Shown here one piece after another: positions 52,888-64,000 of a DNA stretch of 64,000 nt. The stretch comes from Podarcis muralis. Its lineage: Eukaryota. The stretch spans positions 67,022,001-67,086,000 of the forward strand of contig NC_135656.1 of NCBI RefSeq assembly GCF_964188315.1. Direction: 5' to 3'. The notes beneath the pieces were generated by a model. That model saw nothing but the letters and a program-made list of their open reading frames with translations, was not told the DNA's origin and did no database searches. A program made the translations under genes and the position numbers. Within the stretch, counting starts at the first letter, position 1. Each line of letters opens with the position of its first letter.

Positions 52888-55669
52888 ATCATGGCTAGGT
52901 CCACTTTTTATGTCACAAAAGCCACGTGGAGACCATGAAGAAAGGAGGGTACATGGTAGCTTCAGGGGGCATTAATATCTCAAGCCTCCATTTTCAAAAA
53001 GGCTCCTATTGTGTGAATAGTGGTGGGTGCCTTGAGAAATGTAGAGCCTTGATGTAGAGTATCTTTATTTGATAGAGTAAATCTCACATAGGAAGACATT
53101 CATTCTGGCTCTTCCTGCCATGTATCATTTCATATAGGAGGAACTTGGAGAACAGACAGGTTTCAGTGTTCAAAAGAATGAGAGAAAGGAGAGAAAGGTG
53201 TGTGTGTGTTGGGGAGATGTGTGTCCCTGTCCTTCATGTCCCTATGTTTGACCACAATGTTTGACCTCCTTCCTTTCACTTTCAGACAGCGAACACCATT
53301 GTTTGCAAGGAGATTTTAACTGGATTTAGCCACCACAGGTGGAGCCTTCCTACACTCATTTGAAGGCATGAATAGTCTATGGACTGTTTGGTCCCTACAC
53401 CTCTCTGAGAAAGAGACATTTTGCAATATGAAATATGACTTATCTTAGTACAAAAAGAAGACCGTCAGAGTGAGGAGGAGAAAGCTGCCTGGCTTCATGA
53501 TGATGCTGGTGAGTTTAGTTCTGTCTGCCGCTTAGTGTTTTTCCAAGCAGTAGATGCTTCTCAGATTTCACTGGCTGCAGTGAGGTCTGGACTCCTTCCC
53601 TAAATATATAGACATCATTGTGGCACCAATGATGAAATCTCCCAGTCTCAAGAAATATTTATATGTGTAAATAGGACATTACAGAGGGCAGCAATGTAAT
53701 ATACCATGCATAACAGTTCCCTTCCTCTGCAGACACTAGGGACATGCAAGAGATATATGGTAACCAGTAGCTTAGGAAGTTGCATGCAAAGTAGCTTGTC
53801 TTGACAATAAGCCAAAACAAGGCTGAAAAAAAGACTCCAGTGATAAATTGCATGTCATATAGTATTTGCCAAAAAATAATTTATTACATGTACTCCTAGC
53901 CAACACTGATTTCAGATATAAATATTACGGGGGTGGGGAGTTTAGAGGTAGCTATCAGGAAAACCCATGGAAAGAGCCTTACTGGTTCAACATGTAAGCT
54001 ATAAAATAAAAGAGGTATTGTAAAGGTTGTCCAAGAAAGCAATACAAATACGTTATATACGTCAAACGCACCAATTATCTTTAATTATTTGAAAACCACA
54101 GAAGTGTTGCTACCACTTGGCAGAGAAATGGGCAGGCACTCGACTTTGGTAACAATATTCATTATATGTGGTTTGGAAAGATCTTGATACTTCTAAAAAG
54201 AAGGATGATGCAACCATCATTCAGCAAAACTATAAAACTAAGGAGTCGCACCTACAATTGTGAGGCATTAATTCTGTCTCATCTCCTTCCTAACCACCGC
54301 AGCATCTCTCTCCAACCCTTATGCCTTTGCTTATTAGCCACCCATGTATAGTCCACACCAACATCCCCTCTCTATTCACCAGACCAGCAGTTCTCTGCCC
54401 AATTTCCCTTATATGTTTGTATGTGTTTTACATGATAGATCTTGGCCAATAATGGAAACAAGAAGCTGGCAGGAGAAAGTCTGGACCTTGGGTTCAGAGA
54501 GTTTGGAGGTTTCCAAATCTTGGCAGAGCTATGTCCCACTTTTTCCCTCAGAGGCACTTCTCCTGATCCTAAGCATTAAGCCTTATAAAGTAAGGATTCT
54601 CTTTCAAGGAAGAGCGAATAGGATAGAAGCCTGACACTTTATCAGATGTTTGCACAACATGTGGGTACTTCCTGCCATTCCCTGCCATAAGTGTATATTC
54701 TGATGAGCAGTTGAGTTGCCTTCTAGTGGAAAAGGCTGAAGGATGGACACTATTTTCTCTGCTCTGTTGAGATTTCCTTGTGGAACAATACCTGTGAAAG
54801 TGAGGAGCTCTTCTGCCTTTCTCTCTCACAAAAACAAGATGGCTGCTGCATCTCAGAGATGAATGAACTTGGCAACTGGGCATATGCAGAACAGGATGAT
54901 GGATCTGGTGGGCCATTGGCCTGATCCAGCAGCTGCTTCTTATGTTCCCCTTGGGCAGCAGAACCTTCTCCCCTTCTCTCCTCCTCCTCCTCCTCCTCCT
55001 CCTCTTCCTCCTCCTCTGCATAGCCTAACCTGGCCTAGGGATTTCCAAAATCCAGCAGAGCCACATAGGCGACACAGTGGGACAGCAAGGTGGGGAAAGC
55101 AAGGAGGAGAGAAATCCCATTGCATTAACATTATTTCTTCTGCTGGCGCAATGTTGTAGCTGGGTACCCACTTGAATGGCATATATCAATTCATATGATG
55201 GCAACTGAATTTTCAATGTGTACTTTTCTCTTATTTCTCTGTTTTTTCCCCCTATTAAAAATCAATAGAAAAGAAAAGAAATGTATTATAGCAGCGGGAT
55301 CGGTTTTTTTTAATCTGCAGAACTCAATTGCCAGAACTCAGAAATGTCATACTCAAAAGGGAGAAGATTCCACTGATTGTTTGACTCAGTTCCCTGATTG
55401 TGCGTTATTAGTAAGAAACTTCGACACCAATCTCTCGTCCAAATCATATAATAATTTTAAGAAAAGATAATACACCAATAAATGTATGGAGAGTTTGATA
55501 ATGTTCCTGAGCTTATTTATTGATAAACCAAATTAAGATGTTGCGAGATATTCACTGGCTCACAGAGGATAAGCAAAGAGAAGAATGGATTTGTTTTGTA
55601 GTGATGCAATGAGTGGAGCTTAAAAAGAAATGGGACTTCTTTTTTTGATGTTTCATAGTCTTGTGCATC

Positions 55670-56243
55670 TTAAGCTTTTTTGCATTCTCCATAGTATTTC
55701 AGTTTCAGCTTGCTTCCACTTTCGCTGATGAGAAAAAAAGAAGTAAATAAATATGAGAATTCGTAAGATGCAGCTTTCATTATAACTCTTTAAAGACAAA
55801 TACTATATAGGTGGGAAAGCTTATGCCATCATTGCTGACAGTCTTGGGGATGGGAAAGGGCTGAGGACAGATCCTGTCTGAGACCCTGAAAAACTGCATT
55901 CTGACAGCCTAGCCAATATTGAGCAAGAGGGACCAATGCCCTTTTCAGGTCTATCACTTTGTGGAAGATCCCCCTTCTCCAGCCTTCACTGTACATCTGT
56001 ATCAAACTTCTCTAGCGGTAAATATTCAGACATTTACCTAGAGCAATTCCAAGATCCACATTAAGGAAACACCTAGTGTAGGCCTTTGATACCTTCAGAA
56101 TAATGTTCTTATTATCCCCTGATTCCCTGAAGGGCTTTTGTTATATTTCTTCTGGGCCAACCCTACTACCTTTTGCGTTGAGTCTGGCCTGGTGGGATGG
56201 CGATAGAGCCCATTTCCCCTCCCGGTCCCCCTGGATCACTCTT

Positions 56244-56275
<32 letters not shown>

Positions 56276-59200
56276 GAGTTTCAGGAGGGTGGTGCATGTG
56301 AATAGCCCTCCCAACCCACTCCATCTTCAAATTCAGGGCTACCTACAGATTAGCTCTGCTCACCATGTTCCTTTGGGCCTCATAAGCAACACATAAATTA
56401 GGGCCAAGGGTTAGAATACCACATTGTGCAAAATGATTCCTGCACTGTCCAGGGGAGGGGTGTCCCCCCCCCCGCTTGACTTTCCCTTCCACATGGGTGC
56501 TGATTCTCTTTTTCTTTTCCGTTCTTTTATTTACATCTCACCATGCTTAGTGCAAATATAATCAAGTACTTTTTAACTTCCAACAAAGATGTATCAGGGG
56601 GGAAAGGATTCCTGCATTCCAGGAGGTTTGAATACATGACTCTTGGGGTCCCTTTAGACTGCATGATTCTTTGATATACTCACATATATGCATTGCAGAA
56701 GTCACACTTGTTGCCATTGGTCTTGCCATCAGAACCACAGTGGGGACGTTTCTCGAAGATGCATGCAGGGTTTGGATGCCCTTTGCAATATTCCTGAAGA
56801 CGAAGGACACAACAGTTTTAAAGGTCCTCCCCACTTAACCTTTGGACTGCAAGACCTTTCTGATTATGACATGCCTAAGAAAGAGGCAAAGATGAGGAAT
56901 GCAAATGACAATTCAACAAGTGTTATATTAAGGTGTGCATTAAAGCACAGGGAAATGCTGATTTATTGTCCTGGCAAGCAGGGAATTGTGTGATAATGTT
57001 GTTCTCTATTCATCCCAAGTTCCCACTTGGGGCAAGTGATTTGGTGACATGGTAAGGCCCCATTGCGGGGGCTTAAACCTGTCAAATTATAGCTCATCAG
57101 TGCCTGGGATTTCATGCAAAACACATTTAAAGTTTTGCATCAAGAAAGTACAACTTACAAAGGAGAACAATGCATCGCTCCCTATAAGGAAAAACATGCC
57201 TAAGGAAACCTCACCAGGCTTCTGGTCCAAAATGAGATACTTAGATGAAGCAGAATTAGGCTACAACCAGGTAGAATACCCCCAGGAGGAGGCCTTGTAT
57301 AGCAAAGGCCCAGTGTCTACCAATGTGAGTACTCTATATTTACCATCTGACACCATAGAACACCTGGGCAGTTCTCCATGTAAAGATGATCGTCGGCTGC
57401 CACGTAGAATGGTAAACTCCAACAGTACCTTGGAAGATAATTGACAAGGAGTGGTTCTTGGTAAAGCCAACCTTAGCTTTTTATCATGGAATATCGCAGG
57501 ATGGCAAAAAAGGCAGCTGACCCATCCTTTGCTAAATTTATCCAAGGCTACAACATAGTATTTTTACAGGAGACATGGCTCACAGGGGACCTAGAAGTTA
57601 ACGGCTTTTCCTCAATGTCCCTCACAGGATCCCCAAGCACTAAAGGGGGGAGAGTCAAGGGTGGCCTAGGCATTTTAATATCTACAAGGTTGAGGGTGTC
57701 CTTAGTAAAGTTAGAGACACTGAAACACCTGGCTATGGCCTTACTAGTGAAAAGTAGATTCTTCACCCTGCTACTGATTAATGTATATCTTCCCCCCCAA
57801 AGAGGCAAGCAGCTGATTAAAAACACCTGGCATGGGCTGGAAACATACATTGATGGTTTGATGACTCAAACCCCTGCAGCTTCAGTGCTAGTGGCTGGTG
57901 ATCTTAATGCCAGAATTGGCCAGTCTGACGAAGCACTATATGCACAATTCCACGACTCGCCACCCATCGTGGAAGAAAACCACCTTATACCCACTAGATT
58001 CTCAAAAGACAAGGGATGTAATTAAGCAGGTCTGTGCCTATTGCGTCTTTCTAACAAGCTGGACCTGGTCATACTAAATGGGCGCAAGAATGGGAAGACT
58101 TGTGGGGAATTTACTTTTATATCTAATGCAGGAGCTTCCACTATCGACTATGTTATGGTATCATTTAATCTCCTAAATAGAGCCCTTGAGTGCAAAGTGG
58201 AGGAGAGGGTTGATAGTGATCACTTACCGCTCTGCCTTCTCCTGGATGCAAGAAAAGACTTATTTTGCAACGATAAACTTGAAGACCCCAGGTCCTCCAA
58301 CATGGAGTTGAGATACTCACGTATTAGATGGTCCGAAAAGCTGAATGCCGAAACATCTGAAAGGCTATATTCGGACATATTCCTCATGAGAAGAGATAAT
58401 CTCTTAAACTCACCATGTTCTGAATCTAGAATAATCTTGTTCCTGGATCTGATCTCACTTTTGCAACCCCACCTGATTCAAAAAAAGACATCGCACCAAC
58501 CTTTATTCCCCAACAAATCCAAACCCTGGTTTGATCAGGAATGTATTGCTACAAAGCGTTCTTTGCTGGATAAGTACAGGAATTACAAATCAGCGAATTT
58601 ACTCTTGCTTCCTGCGGAATGGTTCAAAGCCAAACGTAAATATAAAGATCTGATTAAAAAGAAAAAGCTTCAGGCCCAAAGGGGGGAGTGGCAATGTTTA
58701 TTAGAGGCCTCTCGAAGGAAAGGCTCAGCCACTTTTTGGAAAATAGTCGTGAAAAGCTGGCAAGACTCCCTGATTGAAATTGATTATACTATACCAGTTG
58801 GGATTTGGGAGGCTTACTTTCTATCTTTATATACACCAAATCAACATCTGCAGGCCCTGCCCCCAGCTCCGAGTGATATTGGCGCCGAATGGCCCCCAGT
58901 ACCAACTGAAGAGATCTATAGGCTCATCCAATCCCTTAAACCTGGAAAAGCACCCGGCGTAGACAACATTACACCGGAACTCCTTAAGGCTAATGTTGAA
59001 TGGTGGGCCCCTGTGCTAGTTGCCCTATTTACCAGCATAGATCAATCGGCCACTATCCCTGAGGACTGGGGATTAGCAATCATCATCCCTTTATTCAAGA
59101 AAGGGAGCCGATCAGACCCGGCTAATTACAGGCCAATCAGCCTCCTAAGTATCATTAGCAAATTGTACGCTGCCCACTTATGCGACAAATTAGTGGACTG

Positions 59201-62200
59201 TTGGAACAAGACCACATTCTTTCAGAAGCACAGACTGGTTTTAGGGCAAATCGGTCAACCTTAGACCAAGACCTTGTTCTCCAACATCTTGCGGAGAAAT
59301 ATACATCAAGAGAAGGAGGTTCCCTATACGTGGCCTTTATAGATTTCAAATCTGCTTTTGATTTAATACCGAGGGACAGGCTTTGGGGAAAGCTAAGCAC
59401 CGCAAATATAAACAAACGTCTACTGTATCTCATCCACAGTCTTTATGAAAATACATGGATCCGGGTAAGGTGTGACCGACAGGGCCACCTATCCAAGGAA
59501 ATCCAAATCCATAAGGGGGTCAGGCAAGGGTGTGTCCTTGTGCCTACTTTATTTAACTTCTATATCAACTCGCTAGTAGGAAATATGGAAAAATAAAATG
59601 CCCATCCCCCCAAATTGGCTGGTACGCCCCTCCCGGTCCTTTTATATGCGGATGACACAGTTTTAATTTCCTTTTCTTGTGTTGGATTAAGAAAACTTTT
59701 GAGATCTCTTACCAAATACTGCAGCATCGAACAACTAACAATTAACTACAACAAATCCAAAGTCATGGTGTTCTCTAAAAAAAGGAGGAGGCACAAATGG
59801 AGAATAGACAATCGCTTAATAGAACAGGTTAATAGAACAGCTTAATAGAACCTTTAAATACCTGGGTGTAACCTTCCAGGAAAGGGGCTCCTGGTGCTTT
59901 CAGATTAATAATACTATTGCAAATGCAGAAAGATCTACCAAAGCGTTAATAAGATTCTTCTATGGGAAAGGGGGCCAACACATACCGGCAGCCTCCCAGG
60001 TCTTTGCTGCCAAAATACTATCACAATTGTTATATGGATCCCAGATCTGCAGCTTTAAAAACCTTACTCTCTTAGAGGCATTCCAAACTAAGTTTTTCCG
60101 CTGCTTGCTGGGGATCCCCTCTTGCGTATCCAACATAGCGGTCCGTTTGGAGGTTGGGCAAATTCCTATCGGTACTCAGATATGGATATTGAAGATCCAT
60201 TATTGGCTAAAGCTTATTTTCTTCCCGGTTGGGCTGGCACCTTTAACCTTATTAGATACCTGCCAATCCAAATGGAAAGCTACACTGCTGGAAAAGCTTA
60301 AAGGCTTGGGGATCTCACAGCAGACCCTGATAGCGATAGGCTTCGAGAAAGCTAGGACTACAATTCACCAGCGTATCTGGGATGTAGAATTACAATGCCA
60401 CATGAGCGAAATGATCAAACATCCAGCAATAAGGGACCATGGGAGAGGTTTCTCTCCAGCTAACTATCTGTCAGGTCTTCAGGTACCCAAATACAGACGG
60501 TCTTTTACCCTCGCTAGATTCAACGTTCTCCCTTCTGCCTTACTTCAGGGCAGATTTGAGGGTAAACCATACACAGCATGGGTCTGCCCTTGTGGCTCGT
60601 TGGAAGTTGAAACTGCTTCACATGTACTATTACGTTGTCGTCTTTATGAGGATATATGTTTGACTTTTATTACACCTATTTTGCAAAAGTCCAGGAAAGA
60701 ATCGGAACACCATAGTTTAAAACTACTGCTAGAGGACAAGAATCCCAAGACTACATTAAATGTAGCCAAATTCTGTGCGTCTGCAATTAATCACAGGAAG
60801 CAAGTGGTATCCCATAATGACCAAACCCCTAAATGTTAATTACAGGGGGCACACTAATAATTAATTATTTAATTTTGTTCTATTCATATTGTCCTCTGTA
60901 TTTCTGATTTTTTTTTTAATGATCTGTGATATTGTGTGTGTTGATGCTGGTCTGTGACCGTATTAATAAATTCATTCATTCATTTAAAGTTTAAATTATT
61001 CCACGGTTAGAACAGGTACAAATTTTTCAAACTGCGAAACAAAATTTGCAGACATGGTAGTCCCTACAGAGAGGATTAATCCTGCCAGATTGCGAGTGGG
61101 CAGCTCCAGGGGTTTCATGGTAGACACATTTAACGGTTGTTTTGCAAATAAATACTTTTAAAAAACACACAGTGAGTGCCTGGATTCATAAGACAGTGGC
61201 TAAATAATATGCCTGCTAGGTTGGGCGGTCTGTCTAGTAATAACAGAATAACCCCAGTAGGCTACTACAGAACACAAACAGAGACTTTCTTACAAATTGT
61301 GGGTAGCAACTGGAACAAACAATAATACTACCCACTTTTTTTTAAAAAAGGGGTGGGACTAGATATGTGTAATCATGCGAAAAACCCAGCTCTTGTATGT
61401 TATATTTGTGTCGATGTATTTTTGTTGCCTTATTTTAAATTCTGTTTTAAAAATTGACACACACACACACAGAGAGAGAGAATATTTTAAAATCCACAAG
61501 AAACATAAATTCACTTATCTTAACTCCACGCTACTTCCATGTTCTTTCATAAGAATAAATGATTTCCCACTTACCGCTTCCCATGTTGCTTTCACAACAT
61601 CTAGATGCAAAACACAGAAAATGTGAAAATTGTTTAGAAATTCCATATGTTGAATAATAGCCTATTTGATAACATTTATTTCTAGGAACTGAAAAGTGAG
61701 ATGCATTGTATCTTGTACATCCTATGTTATCCTAAAAATGCATCTATAATTTGCCTTGGCAATATACAATTTCCTTTAAATGCCACTGAGCATGGATAGG
61801 AAGACAATCAAATCAATGGGAAATGGTTCACTTAACTATACTAAATACAAATAACTGTATATACTGGTTTAGTCTATAACTAACTGGGACCCAGTTCTGT
61901 TGATATCCCTTGAATGCCCGGCTGTGGTGCTTTGCATGTTAAGAATCATGGCTAGGTCCACTTTCTTTGTCACAAGAGCCACGTGGGGACTATGAAGAAA
62001 GGAGAGTGCATGGTAGCTTTAGGGGGCATTAGTGTTTCGAGCCTCAGCTTTCAAAAAGGCTCCAATGGTGTGAATAGTGGTGGGCGCCTTGTGCAATGTA
62101 GAGCCTTGATGTACAGTATCTTTATTTGATAGAGTAAATCTCACATACGAAGACATTCATTCTGGCTCTTCCTGGCATGTATAATTTCATATAGGAGGAA

Positions 62201-62550
62201 CCTTGAGAACAGACATGTTTCAGTGTCCAAAAGAACGTGGGAAGGCTCAAGAGTGTGTGTTTTTTGGGGGGGATGTGTCCCTGCCCCCAGTGTCCCTGTG
62301 TTTGACCACAATGACCCCTCCTTCCGCAAGCTTTCATACAGTGAACACAATGGTTTGCAGGGAGATTTTAACTGGATTTTGTCAACACAGGTGGAGCCTT
62401 CCTACACTTGTCTGAAGACATGAATAGTCTATGGACTGTTTGGTCCCTACACCTCTCTGAGAAAGAGAAATTTTGCAATATGAAATATGACTTATCTGAG
62501 TACAAAAAGAAGACCATCAGAGTGAGGAGGAGAAAGCTGCTTGGCTTCAT
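55670..62550 (-). pseudogene. K7: Kazal inhibitor gene with broken exon-1 donor (probable pseudogene, P1=Phe)
   Basis: Exons 62550-62496 (donor GT>AT), 61600-61575 (3-nt deletion, in frame), 56793-56684, 55724-55670. Kazal part [54 protein letters not shown], with the conserved Tyr of KTY changed to Asn. Confidence 0.8.
57136..60980 (+). mobile_element. RTE-X-like LINE (APE-RT-C-terminal Cys/His motif), 5'-truncated and frameshifted, in K7 intron 2
   Basis: FLQETWL, AGDLNARIG, STIDY, SDHLPL, NYRPISLLS, FIDFKSAFD, GVRQGCVL, LLYADD, and CPCG..ETASHVLLRC. AATAAA plus (TTCA)n tail; 12-bp TSD CATTTAAAGTTT at 57124-57135 and 60981-60992. Clade assignment is from memory. Confidence 0.8.
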
Positions 62551-63789
62551 GATTTTGCTGGTGGGTTTGGATCTGTCTGCCTCTTAGTGCTTTTCCAAGC
62601 AGTAGATGCTTATCAGATTCCACTGGTTACGGACGAGGTCTGGTATCTCTTCCATGTATTTATGGAAGTTTCTGCAGCCTTGATGATGAAATCTCCCAAT
62701 TTTTGAGAAATATTTACACATGCAGATGTGATAACAGAGGACTGCAATGTCTTGTACCAATTTTAATGGTTTCCCTTTCAATGCACATTCCACGTGTATG
62801 CAATAAACATTTGGCAACCAGCTCCTTAAGAAATACGGCTTCTGGTGTGATGCTGACATTGCTGTTGCAGGTCACAAGAAATGAGGTCCAAACAAAACAG
62901 TTTTAGAAATTTTGGGATTCTTTTGATCATAGACAATTGTTTTAGTACAAAGAAAACAAAGTAGCCTTACTCGTTCAGCATATAAGCCATAAAATAAAAG
63001 AGGTGTTGTTGTCCCAGAAAGCAATACAAACACTTTATATACGTCAAGCACTTATTATTTTTAATTGATTAAAACCACAGAAGTGGAAAACAAGCACAGA
63101 GAAAACAAGATTTGCTTGATAGGAGAAAGGAAGCCATGAATGTATGGCGTGAGCATCTTGGACTTCCATTGTTTGAGGCCATTTTCTTCTGAATACAAGT
63201 TTCTGGGAAAACAGCAGGTGGGTCCAGTGTTTTTGCCCTCAGGTCCTGCTTGCAGGCATCCCATAGGCATCTGGTTGTCAGCTGTGAGAACAGGATGCTG
63301 AGACAGAAGAGACATGGGCACGATCCACCAGCACTATTCTTATGTTCTGATTAAACCACACTTCCGATGCTCAGAGTATTGCCCTAACAATATCTTCCCC
63401 ATTTTAACTTGGAGATTCTCCTTGAAGTGGCATATTCATTCTATTGAGATCGCAGTGGCAAGGCAAATCCTTGATACTTCTAAGGATAGAAGTCTCACAA
63501 TTGTAAATGGGATTTAACGGTTGCATTGGAGAGTGCTGGTTGCATTGCCTTCTTTTTAAAAGTGTCAGGTATTTTGTACAATCTTTGCATCAGAACAGAA
63601 TAACGCTTACTTCAGGTAAGCTCCAGTGGCTGCAGTGGCAGGAGGGCAGCCCCACAGCTCTGGCTCACCCAATGTGCCACATCTGGATGCTGAACTTTGA
63701 CTTGGCCCCTCAGCCAGATCCAACAGGGCCTTTCTTCTCAAAACCTTCTGCAGTTTTGAAAAATACAAGTGGCATGTCCAGAGCATGTA

Positions 63790-64000
63790 CAGTGGTGCCC
63801 CGCAAGACGAAATTAATTCCTTCCGCAAGTTTTGCCGTCTAGCGAATTTTTCGTCTTGCGAATTATTATTTAGACAAAGGAAACAAAGTCGCGAGACGTT
63901 TTCGTCTTGCGAAGCAAGCCCATAGGGAAATTCGTCTTGCGAGGCAACTCGCAAACGGAAAAACCTTTCGTCTAGCGAGTTTTTTGTCTTGCGAGGCATT
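63790..64000. mobile_element. Tigger/pogo-like DNA transposon end, running off the window
   Basis: TA followed by CAGTGGTGCCCCGCAAGACGAA and internal TTCGTCTTGCGA repeats. Inserted at a TA that is uninterrupted in the ~14920 paralog. Confidence 0.7.

Larger units (their letters stand above)
47602..53498 (-). pseudogene. K6: Kazal inhibitor pseudogene (P1=Phe)
   Basis: Exons 53498-53444, 50439-50411, 49111-49002, 47656-47602. Codon 18 TCA>TAA; exon-1 and exon-2 donors both GT>AT. Kazal part [54 protein letters not shown] still open. Confidence 0.88.

Noticed and set aside
53440-53446. AT-starting donors in K6/K7 as U12-type (AT-AC) introns
   Set aside because: The sequence is ATAAGT rather than ATATCCT, and the acceptors are AG; these are mutated U2 donors.
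54978-55015. (CCT)n tract, and the (CAG)n tract at ~56246-56272
   Set aside because: Ordinary microsatellite expansions in spacer or intron DNA; not coding.
1-64000. CRISPR arrays, operons, rRNA or tRNA genes
   Set aside because: None seen; tRNA-like boxes belong to SINE heads and the sequence is eukaryotic.

Overview
Vertebrate genomic DNA, inferred to be a squamate (probably lacertid lizard) from Sauria/Squam1 and Squam3 SINEs, Bov-B, CR1, L2 and Penelope pieces. No prokaryotic-type features. The main content, missed by the ORF track because it is spliced from tiny exons, is a tandem cluster of seven paralogous 4-exon genes (coding exons about 55/29/110/55 nt). Each encodes a secreted ~82-aa single-domain Kazal-type serine protease inhibitor (SPINK family, resembling SPINK6 and ovomucoid domain 3). 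Five copies look intact (K1-K5). K6 has a nonsense codon and two GT>AT donors; K7 has a GT>AT donor. The reactive-site P1 residue is Leu, Leu, Glu, Phe, Leu, Phe, Phe, and amino-acid changes concentrate around the reactive loop. K2 lies in an inverted ~10-kb block, two promoter types alternate along K3-K7, and several gene-less promoter/intron remnants are present. Most copies carry private intronic transposon insertions (near-full-length Bov-B, an RTE-X-like LINE, a 2.1-kb L1-like element, nested solo LTRs, MITEs). All exon calls, translations and counts were made by hand; no database search was run.
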